Shown here in pieces: positions 39,213 through 50,200 of a DNA stretch of 64,000 nucleotides (the first letter of the stretch is position 1; every line of letters starts with the position of its first letter). The stretch is from an uncultured archaeon. GTDB lineage: Archaea > Thermoplasmatota > Penumbrarchaeia > JASLWR01. Where the stretch lies: contig CAYSHM010000007.1 of the NCBI GenBank assembly GCA_964430885.1, positions 67,623 to 131,622 on the forward strand, given 5' to 3'. Both the position numbers and the translations under genes were made by a program. The notes beneath the pieces are model-generated. The model was not told the DNA's origin, ran no database searches, and saw only the letters and a list, made by a program, of their open reading frames with translations.

Positions 39213-40535
39213 TCAGAGCTGGGTTCCGCATTTAGGGCAAATTGCCCATCCCTGTTCCAGAGGATTCCCGCAATTGGGGCATTGTGGTGATCCGCCGCCT
39301 CCACCAATTTCTGAACGCATCATTACCGAATCCTCTACTGTAACATCTCCGCCTCCGGCCACTGAGGACCGCTGCATTGTAGAACCTTTTATGACGGTCT
39401 TACCACCACCTCCACCGCCCCCACTTCCCCCACCGCCTCCGCCTATGTTGGACCTTTGAACAACAGAATCCTGAATGGTAGTTGAATTGTCGGAAACTAT
39501 GTTCCCTATGGAACCTATGTTCACCTGGGTTCCAGCTTGCTTTTGCGGTTTTGTAACCGTGACCCAATCCTGTCTGCTGTTGGAAAATTCCCTGTTGTGG
39601 GGATCATTATAAGTAGCGGTTATATATGCAGGTACTCTTCCGGCCTCAGGAACTTTCATTCCAATATTAAGAACATGTGAATCACCTGATGATATATGCC
39701 TTACCTTGTCAATGGGGCTGACCTCAACGGGTCCCTTTATCTCCACAACAACATTGTGAATATCCACATCAGAACGATTTTCAATTAATAGCTGTATTTG
39801 CCCCCATCTCTTGTAGGGTAACTCCTCCTCTATGATGTCCAGATGCACCTCAGGCGGTTCTTCGTTTGAAGGAGCTACTGCTGCAGGAGCCGGCTGGTGA
39901 ATCGGTTGAGGTTGGGGTTGGGGTTGCTGGGAAGCTTGGTGATGATGATGAACATTGGTCACATAGGTTGTGTCACCGCTAATTCCCATTCCCATTCCCA
40001 GTATGGAATTCAATGTCTCGACAGCTTTTCTCAGATAATCCCTGACCTTGGAATCGGGATCGTTCAGATGCTTTTTTAGTGTTTCAAGATGATCCTTGTA
40101 AAGCATTGGAGCTGTCTTTGCGGTCTTTCGGCATATGCTTGCAACTTCTTTCCTTACCTTTGTGTTGGGGTTTTGAAGAAGTTGGAGAAAGCGCCCCATG
40201 TATGGTGTCATAGAGTTCGGAGAACTCTCGATTAATTTTTTCAATTTCTTGCCGCCCTTATCCCTCTGGGAACTATCATAGGATTGAATATGACTGATGT
40301 ACATCTCCGCTTCAGAACCTCCCATTGCAGGTCTGTGGGCTTGAGGCGGTGGTGAAACTGCACCTGGGGGACCTGAATGGCCCGGCGGTCTTGAAACACC
40401 TGGCGGAGGTGAGGCTGAGTGATAATGGTGCTTATCCTTCTTGTGCTTCTTTGATTTTTTATACCCCATATCCTTGTATAATTCCTTCTTTCCCTTCTTC
40501 ATAGCTTTTTTCAATTTCTTATCTAAAAATCCCAT
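39213..40535 (-). CDS. Modular cytoplasmic protein: basic/Pro-rich N-terminus, HEAT repeats, Ig-like domain, Gly-linked beta-repeats, C-terminal zinc ribbon
   Basis: SD GGAGTGA before ATG at 40535 (MGFLDKK); HEAT-like 'LLQNPNTKVRKEVA' and 'HLNDPDSKVRDYL'; CPNC...CPKC; no signal peptide or TM. Confidence 0.75.
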   Translation of the reverse strand: MGFLDKKLKKAMKKGKKELYKDMGYKKSKKHKKDKHHYHSASPPPGVSRPPGHSGPPGAVSPPPQAHRPAMGGSEAEMYISHIQSYDSSQRDKGGKKLKKLIESSPNSMTPYMGRFLQLLQNPNTKVRKEVASICRKTAKTAPMLYKDHLETLKKHLNDPDSKVRDYLRKAVETLNSILGMGMGISGDTTYVTNVHHHHQASQQPQPQPQPIHQPAPAAVAPSNEEPPEVHLDIIEEELPYKRWGQIQLLIENRSDVDIHNVVVEIKGPVEVSPIDKVRHISSGDSHVLNIGMKVPEAGRVPAYITATYNDPHNREFSNSRQDWVTVTKPQKQAGTQVNIGSIGNIVSDNSTTIQDSVVQRSNIGGGGGGSGGGGGGGKTVIKGSTMQRSSVAGGGDVTVEDSVMMRSEIGGGGGSPQCPNCGNPLEQGWAICPKCGTQL

Positions 40536-40772
40536 GTAACTCACTCCTGTTATGAGAATTATTTTCTAAATTTATTTCCATTATAATAATCAAGTATTAT
40601 TGTATCAATTCCAATGTCAACCAATATTAACAACGGTATTATTTAAGTCTTTTTTGTGATTATTAACATATTCCTTTCTAATCCCATAAATCCACTGAAA
40701 GGTAAAGGCCAGATTCTGCTTTTATAATTCATATATTCGAATTGATATTCCAAAACTTTGCTGGAAAACCAT

Positions 40773-42035
40773 TCATGATATTGAAGTCAGTTCCTTGGGC
40801 AATATGGCCTGACCTCTTCCTATTAGAAAGGCTGCGGTATATGATGGTAATTCCTGAAGCCCCTTGGCAACACTGATATCCTCACCCCTGAGATGCACTT
40901 CAACTGAATCCAAACAGTCCACAGTCATTGGCTCCTCCGGTAATACCACCGCATCATTAAGTGGATCAAAAGAGTCCAGTTCAGTTAATCCTATCCTCAT
41001 GGTCTGGAAACCGGTTTTACCGTGAAGTGTTCCCGGTGCTCTGATCAATCGGTGGGTATCTATAGTAACGGGTTCATCGGTCTCTCCTGTGAGATCTACC
41101 AAGGCCATGGACCGGATCAACTCAAAAAAGAAATCCCTGTAACGGTCGGTGGAGAAAACCTCAAAAATACCTTTTCTCATTTTATCGATGGGACGGTTCC
41201 CATTCGGCCCGCTGAATAGGTCTATATATGCTTTTTTTACTGTGACCTTCCCGAACCTCCTGCCGTTCTTGTCCCTGAGGGAATAGCGTTTACTGCAGTT
41301 CACAAGAAAACCCAGTGCCGATTCTTCTGATCTGCTCTCGATATCATCCAGCAGAGAAAATATACCTCTGGCTATCAATCCTTTCCAGCCGCCGTCATGG
41401 GGCATGGGCATTAGCCGTATGTGCCGTTTCTTGTCCAGCTGCGTCTTGCCGAATTGAAGGGTCTCGTCTAAACCTTCACCGATTATCATATCCACCAGTT
41501 CTCGTCTTTCCTTTGAACCCAGTCTGTAAACCCTGGGATCGGTTACATGTATATGATATCCCCTTCCACCGGAAAAATAGAGCGAAATGTGTTCCTCCCT
41601 GAATCCGAACATTCCAATGATGAATGTGTGAAGAAGTTTATGAACCTCTTTTTTAACCTCCATAAGCTGGTCCTTGTAGCTCATCTTTTCGGCACCTGGA
41701 ATATGGTCCGCATCGAGATCGAATATCAACTCTGCCCCCTGCCATTCCTTTTCTGCCATTTTCCTGGCATCGGGCCGTTCATAGAGAGCTGTGGAATAAT
41801 AGGCATGCATGGGTACAAAACGGGTGAAAAAACGTCTCATGGCCTCTGGCTCAAGGAATCGGATATGCCGGTTCATGATTCCCTTACCGAAGGAGAAGAA
41901 ACCCCATTCCCGCTCAGAAAGGCGGTCTGGAATGGATGGGGGATTGGACATGTAATAATTCCTGAATATATCCCGAAGATAGGTCCGTGCCATATCCTTC
42001 CGGTAATCCATAACCGCTTCGCTGAGGACACCCAT
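40773..42035 (-). CDS. priS: DNA primase small (catalytic) subunit
   Basis: REWGF, M.RH, YYS.A.Y..P, WQGAELIFDLDADH, FSGGRGYHIH, DEPVT.D.HRLIR.PGTLHGKTG. Confidence 0.96.
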   Translation of the reverse strand: MGVLSEAVMDYRKDMARTYLRDIFRNYYMSNPPSIPDRLSEREWGFFSFGKGIMNRHIRFLEPEAMRRFFTRFVPMHAYYSTALYERPDARKMAEKEWQGAELIFDLDADHIPGAEKMSYKDQLMEVKKEVHKLLHTFIIGMFGFREEHISLYFSGGRGYHIHVTDPRVYRLGSKERRELVDMIIGEGLDETLQFGKTQLDKKRHIRLMPMPHDGGWKGLIARGIFSLLDDIESRSEESALGFLVNCSKRYSLRDKNGRRFGKVTVKKAYIDLFSGPNGNRPIDKMRKGIFEVFSTDRYRDFFFELIRSMALVDLTGETDEPVTIDTHRLIRAPGTLHGKTGFQTMRIGLTELDSFDPLNDAVVLPEEPMTVDCLDSVEVHLRGEDISVAKGLQELPSYTAAFLIGRGQAILPKELTSIS

Positions 42036-42224
42036 GAGGAAATGAAAGGTGTAGATAGCTTATTTATTTTTTTTTATGATTATTTATACCGAGCTGTAAA
42101 GGTTAACACCATTTTGAGTTGTTGTCTATTAATAACTGCTTTCATTCTGAATTCAGAATTCCCAACAGAACAAAAAAGATTAATAATTGGTCAAGAGTAA
42201 ACAGTGAATATTCGGGGAAGAGAA

Positions 42225-43442
42225 ATGGAAGAACTCAACTATTTCATTATTTTATCCATAATTCTCATATCTGCCTTATTCGTCGGTAAGCTGACACATT
42301 GGATGAAGATCACCGCTGTAGTTGGTTATCTGATCACAGGGGTAATATTGGGACCGGAAGTAACAAAGATAGTCCACCTCAACTCCGAAGTTATGTCCAT
42401 GATCATCTGGTTCGCCCTTGGATTTGTGGGATTTATAATCGGTGGAAAACTATCACTGCCCCAATTAAGGAGGAACGGGAAACAGATAATTCTGATTATG
42501 CTCGGGGGAATGATCGTTCCATTTATCTTTGTACTGTTGGGCATCTACCTCTTGAAAGGCAGTTTAACATTGGGATTAATATTTGGAGCTTTGGCAACTA
42601 CTAGCGCACCTGCAGGCACTATCGCGGTTATTTATGAATACCGTGCCAGAGGTAAACTTACTGACGGAATCATAGCTGTTGTGGGTTTGGATGACGCTTT
42701 CGGTATACTAGTGTTTGCAGTGACTATGGCGATTGTGACTGCAATAACAGCGGGATCTAACAGTATTATGTCAATAGAAACCCTTTGGCCGGCAGTAAAG
42801 GAAATCGGCGGCTCGATCCTGCTTGGCTCGGTTCTGGGTTTCGTGCTCACATTTATTGCAAAGCTTGTTCACGAAAGAATAGAACTATTTGCTATAACAA
42901 TGGCTCTACTAATCGGCGGCATCGGTGTATCGATCTATTTTGAGTTCTCAGTGATTCTGACCTGCATCATCATGGGGCTTATATTGGTAAACCGCCTTCC
43001 CAATGAAAGCAGAATAATTTTCCGCGATCTGAATCAGCTTACATTGGTGATATTCATTGTTTTCTTTGTAACTGCGGGAATGGAACTGAAGATCAATGTT
43101 CTCACGGGAAGCGGAATGCTGGTCTTGGTCTATGTATTGTTCAGAACTGCCGGCAAACTGAGCGGTCCCATGTTTGGAGCAAAATTGAGCAAAGCTGATA
43201 AGGTATTGGAAAGATATCTCGGTTTCGGAATACTTCCTCAAGCAGGGGTAGCTCTAGGATTGGCTCTATTGGCGTCCAATAAATTGAGCTCTACAAATCC
43301 TGAAATGGCCGGTTGGATCATTACAACTATCACAGCTACAACAATAATATTTGAAATAATAGGGCCTATTGGCGCCCGATTTGCATTGATAAGAAGCGGG
43401 GAAGCGAATTGCGATATTAATAAGGATTTATCTTGTGATTAG
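42225..43442 (+). CDS. Cation:proton antiporter (CPA2/KefB-like)
   Basis: About 12 TM helices; 'VVGYLITGVILGP', 'T.PA....V..E....G.LT......V.LDD', 'FFV.AG..L', 'PQAGVALGLA'. Confidence 0.9.
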   Translation: MEELNYFIILSIILISALFVGKLTHWMKITAVVGYLITGVILGPEVTKIVHLNSEVMSMIIWFALGFVGFIIGGKLSLPQLRRNGKQIILIMLGGMIVPFIFVLLGIYLLKGSLTLGLIFGALATTSAPAGTIAVIYEYRARGKLTDGIIAVVGLDDAFGILVFAVTMAIVTAITAGSNSIMSIETLWPAVKEIGGSILLGSVLGFVLTFIAKLVHERIELFAITMALLIGGIGVSIYFEFSVILTCIIMGLILVNRLPNESRIIFRDLNQLTLVIFIVFFVTAGMELKINVLTGSGMLVLVYVLFRTAGKLSGPMFGAKLSKADKVLERYLGFGILPQAGVALGLALLASNKLSSTNPEMAGWIITTITATTIIFEIIGPIGARFALIRSGEANCDINKDLSCD

Positions 43443-43501
43443 TTCACAGCTAAGAAGGTATGGGTAATATATTTATCCGCCAATAGTATGATGGTGATAC
43501 C

Positions 43502-44026
43502 ATGGGAAAGGAGAAAAGGACTGTAAAATTGAAGAGCAAGGCTAAAAAAACCAGGCATATCAATAACCTTGCTGAATTCTACAGACATAAAGTAAGGGAC
43601 ATCATGGATAGAAGGTTCTGGGACCTGCCTATAGTGAGCAGGGACGACGACATCATTCACGTGATAGCCATATTGCGTTCCCAGTACCATGTTTGGATCG
43701 TGAATAACCTGAAGGATCGAGAGGTTTGCGGTGTGATTACTGAACACGACATACTCAATCTTCTAGCACCACGAGGTTCGACATCTCATCTGTTCAGTTT
43801 GAGCGATGTTAACAGATGGAAAGGCAGAACCACCTCAACCATAGGTGGATTGATGTGCAGTAGAGTCGTAACAGCGGAACCGGGGGATACTATTCAAAGC
43901 GTACTTCTGAAGATGAAAAAATACAGCATCAGAAGACTACCTGTAACAAAAAACAGAAAACTGGTGGGCGAGGTAACCCTCCATACTCTTCTCAATAAAT
44001 ACTATGATATAATCAGCCAGGAATGA
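43502..44026 (+). CDS. CBS domain pair protein
   Basis: 'VRDIM', 'GVITEHDIL', 'M....VT..P.DTI...L.KM....IRRLPV....LVG.VT'; SD GGTGA. Confidence 0.9.
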   Translation: MGKEKRTVKLKSKAKKTRHINNLAEFYRHKVRDIMDRRFWDLPIVSRDDDIIHVIAILRSQYHVWIVNNLKDREVCGVITEHDILNLLAPRGSTSHLFSLSDVNRWKGRTTSTIGGLMCSRVVTAEPGDTIQSVLLKMKKYSIRRLPVTKNRKLVGEVTLHTLLNKYYDIISQE

Positions 44027-44221
44027 TATTACCAGGATTATTCAAAATCATCATATTTCCAAAACCGTTTGTCACTGCAGGACATCAATAACAGGGCGTT
44101 AGCGATTTTTTTTTAAACCATATTCCAAATATTTATAATAATATAAACATTATCAATCCTTGCTTAACCCCCATATTCGTATCTATTTTTTTTTTTCAAT
44201 ATCAATAGTGAGTGTGATATC

Positions 44222-47200
44222 TTGATAGGATCAATTTCTCGATGTCTAATACAAAAGAAACTTGTCATGAAATGGGTCATTTCCCTAGCTGTACTGTTCT
44301 TGATACTGCTTCCAGGTATCATCACCGGACTATCAAAGAACGAATATGAACCATCCCTATCCTCGAACCAATCCGTTAAGAAAACATATTCGAACCGATC
44401 CGCTAGAGCTACTATATCCGACATTTTGATCAATGAATTCATGGCCGATCCCGAGGAGGATTTCAACAATGACGGGAGCCCAAACACGGATGATGAATAT
44501 ATTGAGCTGTTCAATCCCACTTTGGAAGCAGTTAATATAAGCAGATGCATTCTGGACGATATTGAAGGGGCGGGGTCTTCCCCCTACGAAATGGTGAATA
44601 TGGAAATCCTGCCCTTGTCCTATTTGATCTTCTTCAGAGAGGACACAGGCCTGGTTCTGAACAATAACGGTGAGGAACGGGTCAGATTGTTGTCCCCTGA
44701 TGGTGAAGATATAGATAACTTCACCTATACTTCGACCAAAAATAACAGATGCTGGAACAGAAGAGGCGACGGGAACGAGACATGGACAATACCAAGACTG
44801 AACACACCTGGGCTTCCGAACCCTTCAATACCTAGAATTACCATAAACGAGTTCCTAAGCGACCCTGAAACAGAATCAACGGACGAATGGATCGAACTCT
44901 ATAATGCTGGAGATGATTCCATCAATATGACTGAGTGGACCATTAGCGATATGGATTCCAATATCTATCAATTCCCTGAACTCGTTCTCAAGGCCGACGA
45001 TTATGCTGTACTTAACATAGGGTCAAATTCGGGAAAATATCAAACCTCCAAAGCTCGGGGGTTTATTGAGCTGTTTATGGAAAATCCCAACCAAGTGCTG
45101 ACCGATAGCGGCGATGATATCCTGCTGTCTGATGATATTGGGGTGGGTGTGGACTACATATCCTATGGTAACGGCAGCAGCGTGGATGGCTGCCCTGAAC
45201 CTCTAGCTTTTCATGGAACAATCGATCTGCTCGGAGAAGGTGTCTCAATGGCGCTCTTACCAAACGGGAGAGTTACAGATTATGCTTCGGAATATACAGT
45301 CATGATAGAAGGAAACATCACTAAAGGGTGGAACAACTCATTGCCTCAGAGTATAGCGCTGCCGGGACTTTCTGGTTTTGATACCTCTGCATCAGGAGAA
45401 GCTGTGAATTTTACGATGCGGAACAACTGCAATGCAACATCAGAGTGGTGGGTAACAGATGATCTGAACAGAACTGATTGGAACCTCCAATATGATGGTA
45501 ACCTGGACCTTGAACCCTTTGAGAAAACTAGGTTCTCTATGACCATCGAACCTGAATCCAATGTGATGTCTGGGGAGAACATCTCCTTTAATCTTGCTTT
45601 CACATCCCGATTATCCTCGGGAATTGTTTTCCTAACTGAGATAATCGCAACCAAAAATGCCGATCTTCTGATCAATGAAATCATGATAGACCCGAAAGGG
45701 GCCGATTCGGAAAATGATGAATGGATAGAGATAATAAACAAGGGTGAGACAGCTGTGTCCCTGGCTGATTGGAAGCTGTTTTCAGATGTTTCCGATATTG
45801 AAAATATCTATGAAGTAGAACCCATCTATGTTTTTCCCAATTGCAGTCTGTCTCCGGAAAATGTCCTTCTCCTCCATTCTACACCCTATAATGAGAGCCA
45901 TTTCTCTGATGAATGCAGTCACCTTTTTATTAACCAAAGTAATATTTGGACCAATACAAGAGGAAGTGCCGCTTTAATCTCTCCTTCCTATTCCGGCAAA
46001 GATATGATAAGATGGGGAGATGGAGATCTGGCTTCTGTCAGACCAGATATTTTTATCGGCAGCTGTCCCAAACCCGGATCAGGATACACATTGGCAAGGA
46101 AATGGTATCTGGAGGACACGAATGAACATACGGATTATTTCATTCCGCCCATGGAAAACATGACTCCAGGTCTGCCGAACAAGGACATCTATTCCTATTT
46201 AATAGATCATCCCCATGAGCTCAGCATTGTAGAGTATGACTCCCATAATAGGTTTGACATAAATGTCCACAATACTGGAAATCGAAGTGCAGCCTATGAA
46301 ATCTCCATTGAATGGGAAGTACTGACCATAAAAAACGGTACTGTAAAATCAGGTGATGCCGAAGGTAAATGGGGACTATATCTAGAACGTTTTCAGGAAA
46401 ATATTGACCCTGGGAGATCAAACAGCCTATTTATGAATGTTCTATCTCCGAGAAACGAAATTCATACGGATATTATTCCCCTAGGTATTAAAGCGAATTT
46501 CTACATCTGGCCATCAGAAGACCCTCATAGAAAGGAACAGAAGGTGTTCTTCTTTCAGCTTCCTCTTATCGATCTGCACATTTCAGACTTGATAGTTGAG
46601 CGTGAAAAAGAGATTTTTGATAACGAGAATATAACACAAGGTGAGATACTTGAAATCTCCCTAACCTTGACCAATCTGGGTCCTGTGAATTCATCAGGTG
46701 TGAGTGTAAATCTATATGTGGACGAGATTTCTGAAACAACTATTGCGGACTCAAAGTATTATTCTTCAATTCCTGGGACAATCTACGGGGGAGCTAGGCA
46801 TCCAAAATTCTCATTGGATACCCTTCTATATCCCGGAAAACGCAGGTTCATTGTACTATTGGAGCCGGGGATTCCCGTCAATGACGCTTCATTGGAAAAC
46901 AATAAGGTGGAGACTGTTCTGAACGTTACCCCTCTCGTCAGGCCTGAAGGAGAGAATGAGATCATTATTACAGAGATTTACTACTATTCATATCTGGAAG
47001 ATCAGGAGGACGAATATGTCACTATATATAATAGAGGCAATCGAACCTTTGATATTAGCGGATGGCAGCTGTGCTCAGATCCTTCCTCTCCTATTGACAA
47101 GGGCCTGAAATTCCCCTCTGGAACTCATATCATACCAAAAAACTACATTACTGTAGCAAAAAACGGATATGCACTTGATACCACTTCCCGTATAAAGGCG

Positions 47201-50200
47201 GATTTCGACACGGTTGGAGGCATTTTTGAAGATATGGAAAGAGCTGAAATCCAATGGATCGATCTGAAGGATTATTCAGGAATGGTGACATTAAGGACCC
47301 ATGAGCGTTGGGTTATTGACAGTGTTCTGTACGGAAATGAAGAATTGAACCGATACGGCTGGTCAGGGGAAGGAGTACCAAGGGTTTCCAAAGGTTTCAT
47401 GTGCAGAAGAAACCAATACGACGGGGATTACTCTGACAGTAACACTTCTTCAGACTTCAACCTATTGAAGCAGTATTCCATAGGTAAATACACAGGAAAA
47501 ATCAGCGAACCTTCCGAGCAGTGCATAGAGGAAATGTTTTCTACAGCGCATCACGGACCTGAGAAAATTGAACAGATGATATCCGAAAGTGATGAAGAGC
47601 TGCTGCTTATGTCTGAAAAACTTGAAAGCGCTTCTTTGTTTTCCTGGCTGCAGGAAGCGCTGATGGAAAATGTGGATGTCAGAATACTCCTTGAAGGGCA
47701 TCCATATGGAGGAATAAGTGATGAACAAAGGTTCATAACCCATGAACTATTCCTTCTGGGTGCTGAAATATATTACCTGGACGATAGATACAATGATTAT
47801 GGTTTCAGGCGGTTCGAGACCTTGGGCGCCAATTTCCTGGTTGTGGACGGCGAATCGGCCATCATTCAATCCTCCCCTTTCACAGAAACTGGATGTTCCG
47901 CATTGGAATATCACGGTGTCAAGGGAATGGGTTTTCTCCTGGACCAAAATGGTGCTTCATTTATGAGAGAGCTGTTTTTCAGCACCATCAATAGCAGTTG
48001 TATGGATGTGAATAATTACTACCAAAACCATACCCATTATGGTTCCCCAGAGCCTGATTACGAATTCGAACCCGATGAGATACGGCATACTGTTCAATAT
48101 GATCAAGATGAACTGAAATCCTTTCACGGGGGTTTTATCAGCATATATCCTTACAGTTCCCATGAGGCCTCAAATGCTACTGTTATTGATGTAAATCATA
48201 TTATCACCCAAGGATTGGATCTGAATATAATGAACCGCGGAATTGCACAGCAAGAATTTGACCCCTTGATGGCAGGTATAATGGACGCAGAAGAAAAAAT
48301 CTGCATCCTCACCGAGAGATTCTCGCCTGTTCTAGATGATAATAACATCAATGCAAAGATGCAAATGGTCCTGCCGCATCTCTATGCACTAATGGCCAAG
48401 GCGGAAAGTGGTGTGGAAATCAATATTCTCTTGGACATCAGCCAGGCGGAATTGAGATTCGTGGAAGAAGCCAATGCTCCATCTGAGAGCGGTTATAACA
48501 TTCTGGATGAACAAATGCAGCCATCAGGAGTCATGGAATCTGCAACATGGATAAATGCCCTGGCCAATGATTTGAACATTGAAAATCTCCATATCCGTTT
48601 TGATTATCTCGATGGTGCAAAAGGCATAGAGGGAACAATGATCCAGTCGGATGGAAAAAGCCTAGCACTTTCCAGTGCCGGACTCGTTTATGAGGACCTA
48701 TATCTGAATATGCATTGGGCTGGGAAGGTCAATTTGAATGGAGCTGATGAGATGGATGCTCTATGGGAGTATTGGTGGAATAACTCCATACCCTTAACCC
48801 GGCATAACTCTCGGGATATTGAGGAGGATGATGATTTAAGCGAGAAAGTGATCATAACCGAAGTATTCTATGATTCAATAACCTCCCAGCGTCCGGACCA
48901 ATATATCAGATTGCACAATCCCACTGATGATGACATTGACCTATCATGGTGGAAGATAACAGATAAACAATCAAGCAATAATGGTTACGAAGGGACTCTG
49001 GTATTTCCCAGAAACACCCTGATCAAATCCGGTGACGATCTCCTTATAGCCAGGGAGGGAAAGGCCTATTGGGACCTCACTACTATTGAACCCAATTTCG
49101 AGTACCAGAAAGATACATTGCCCAACGTACAGGATTTACTCGCCATAAAGGGTATTCCAATCCTCACCAATCCAGGGGATGATGTATTTCTATTGGATGA
49201 ATACCACCGGATCATTGATGCGGCGGCCTATGGCATCAGTGGGTATTCAGGTATTGGGTGGAATGGACCTGCATCTCCTAGTGTTGACCGCGGATGTATC
49301 CTTAGAAGAACTTATCAAAGCGGGAGTTTCATTGATACCAATTCATCGTCGGATTTCATGAATATCCGGCCCTATAGACCTGGGCAATCTGATTTCAAGA
49401 CTGCCGGATTTGATATTGAAGGCAATGTCACCTGCTTTGTGTCCCCTGACTGCTCTTTCCCTGAAATGATAACTGCGCTGGATTCGGCCAAAAGATCCCT
49501 ATATGTAAATGTATACCAATTCCATAACCCTCACCTGCTGGATAAGATGGTGAATATGAGCCTGGACGGTATAATAATAAAGGTCCTTTTGGAAGGAGGA
49601 CCTGTGGGTGGTGTGACCGATTATCAGAAATATGTGAGCAACAAGCTCAATGATTCCGGGGCTGACGTAAGGTATATGATATCCGATAGGACCGAAGGGA
49701 TCGGGGCCAGATACGATTTCAACCATGCTAAATATATGATAATTGATAATCGGACGGTTGTCGTCCTCTCTGAGAACTTCAAGATAAGCGGCATTCCCCT
49801 GAACTCATCCTACGGCAATAGAGGATGGGGTATAGCGGTGGACGATCCTAACCTGGCAAATTATTTCAGCCAGGTTTTTTTCCACGACTTCAATTCCGCA
49901 ATGAAGGACATATTCTCCTATGAAGACAAGAATGAAAAATACGGAGAGCCCCCAGAGGATATGGACATGAACTATCATATCCGAACTGGTGCCTATATGA
50001 AACGTTTTGATGCCATTAAGGTGAAAGGAAATTCATCAGTCAAACCCGTTTTTTCACCAGACACTTCCAGTTTGGAGGAAGGGCCGGTTATTGCTTTGAT
50101 AGAAAATGCGGTGAGGACTATAAAAATAGAACAACTGGATGTTGATCTGCATTGGAGGGGGGATTGGACGCTTAATTGGAGCAGACCTGAGGACTATTAC

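Noticed and set aside
39395-39445. (CCA/CCG/CCT)n low-complexity tract as a contingency microsatellite
   Set aside because: It uses mixed Gly codons in frame and is a protein-level linker, not a pure slippage tract.
41547-42200. 217-aa + strand ORF and the many other 60-200 aa ORFs overlapping assigned genes
   Set aside because: They are antisense or out-of-frame shadows of well-supported genes (here priS) and contain no recognisable motifs.
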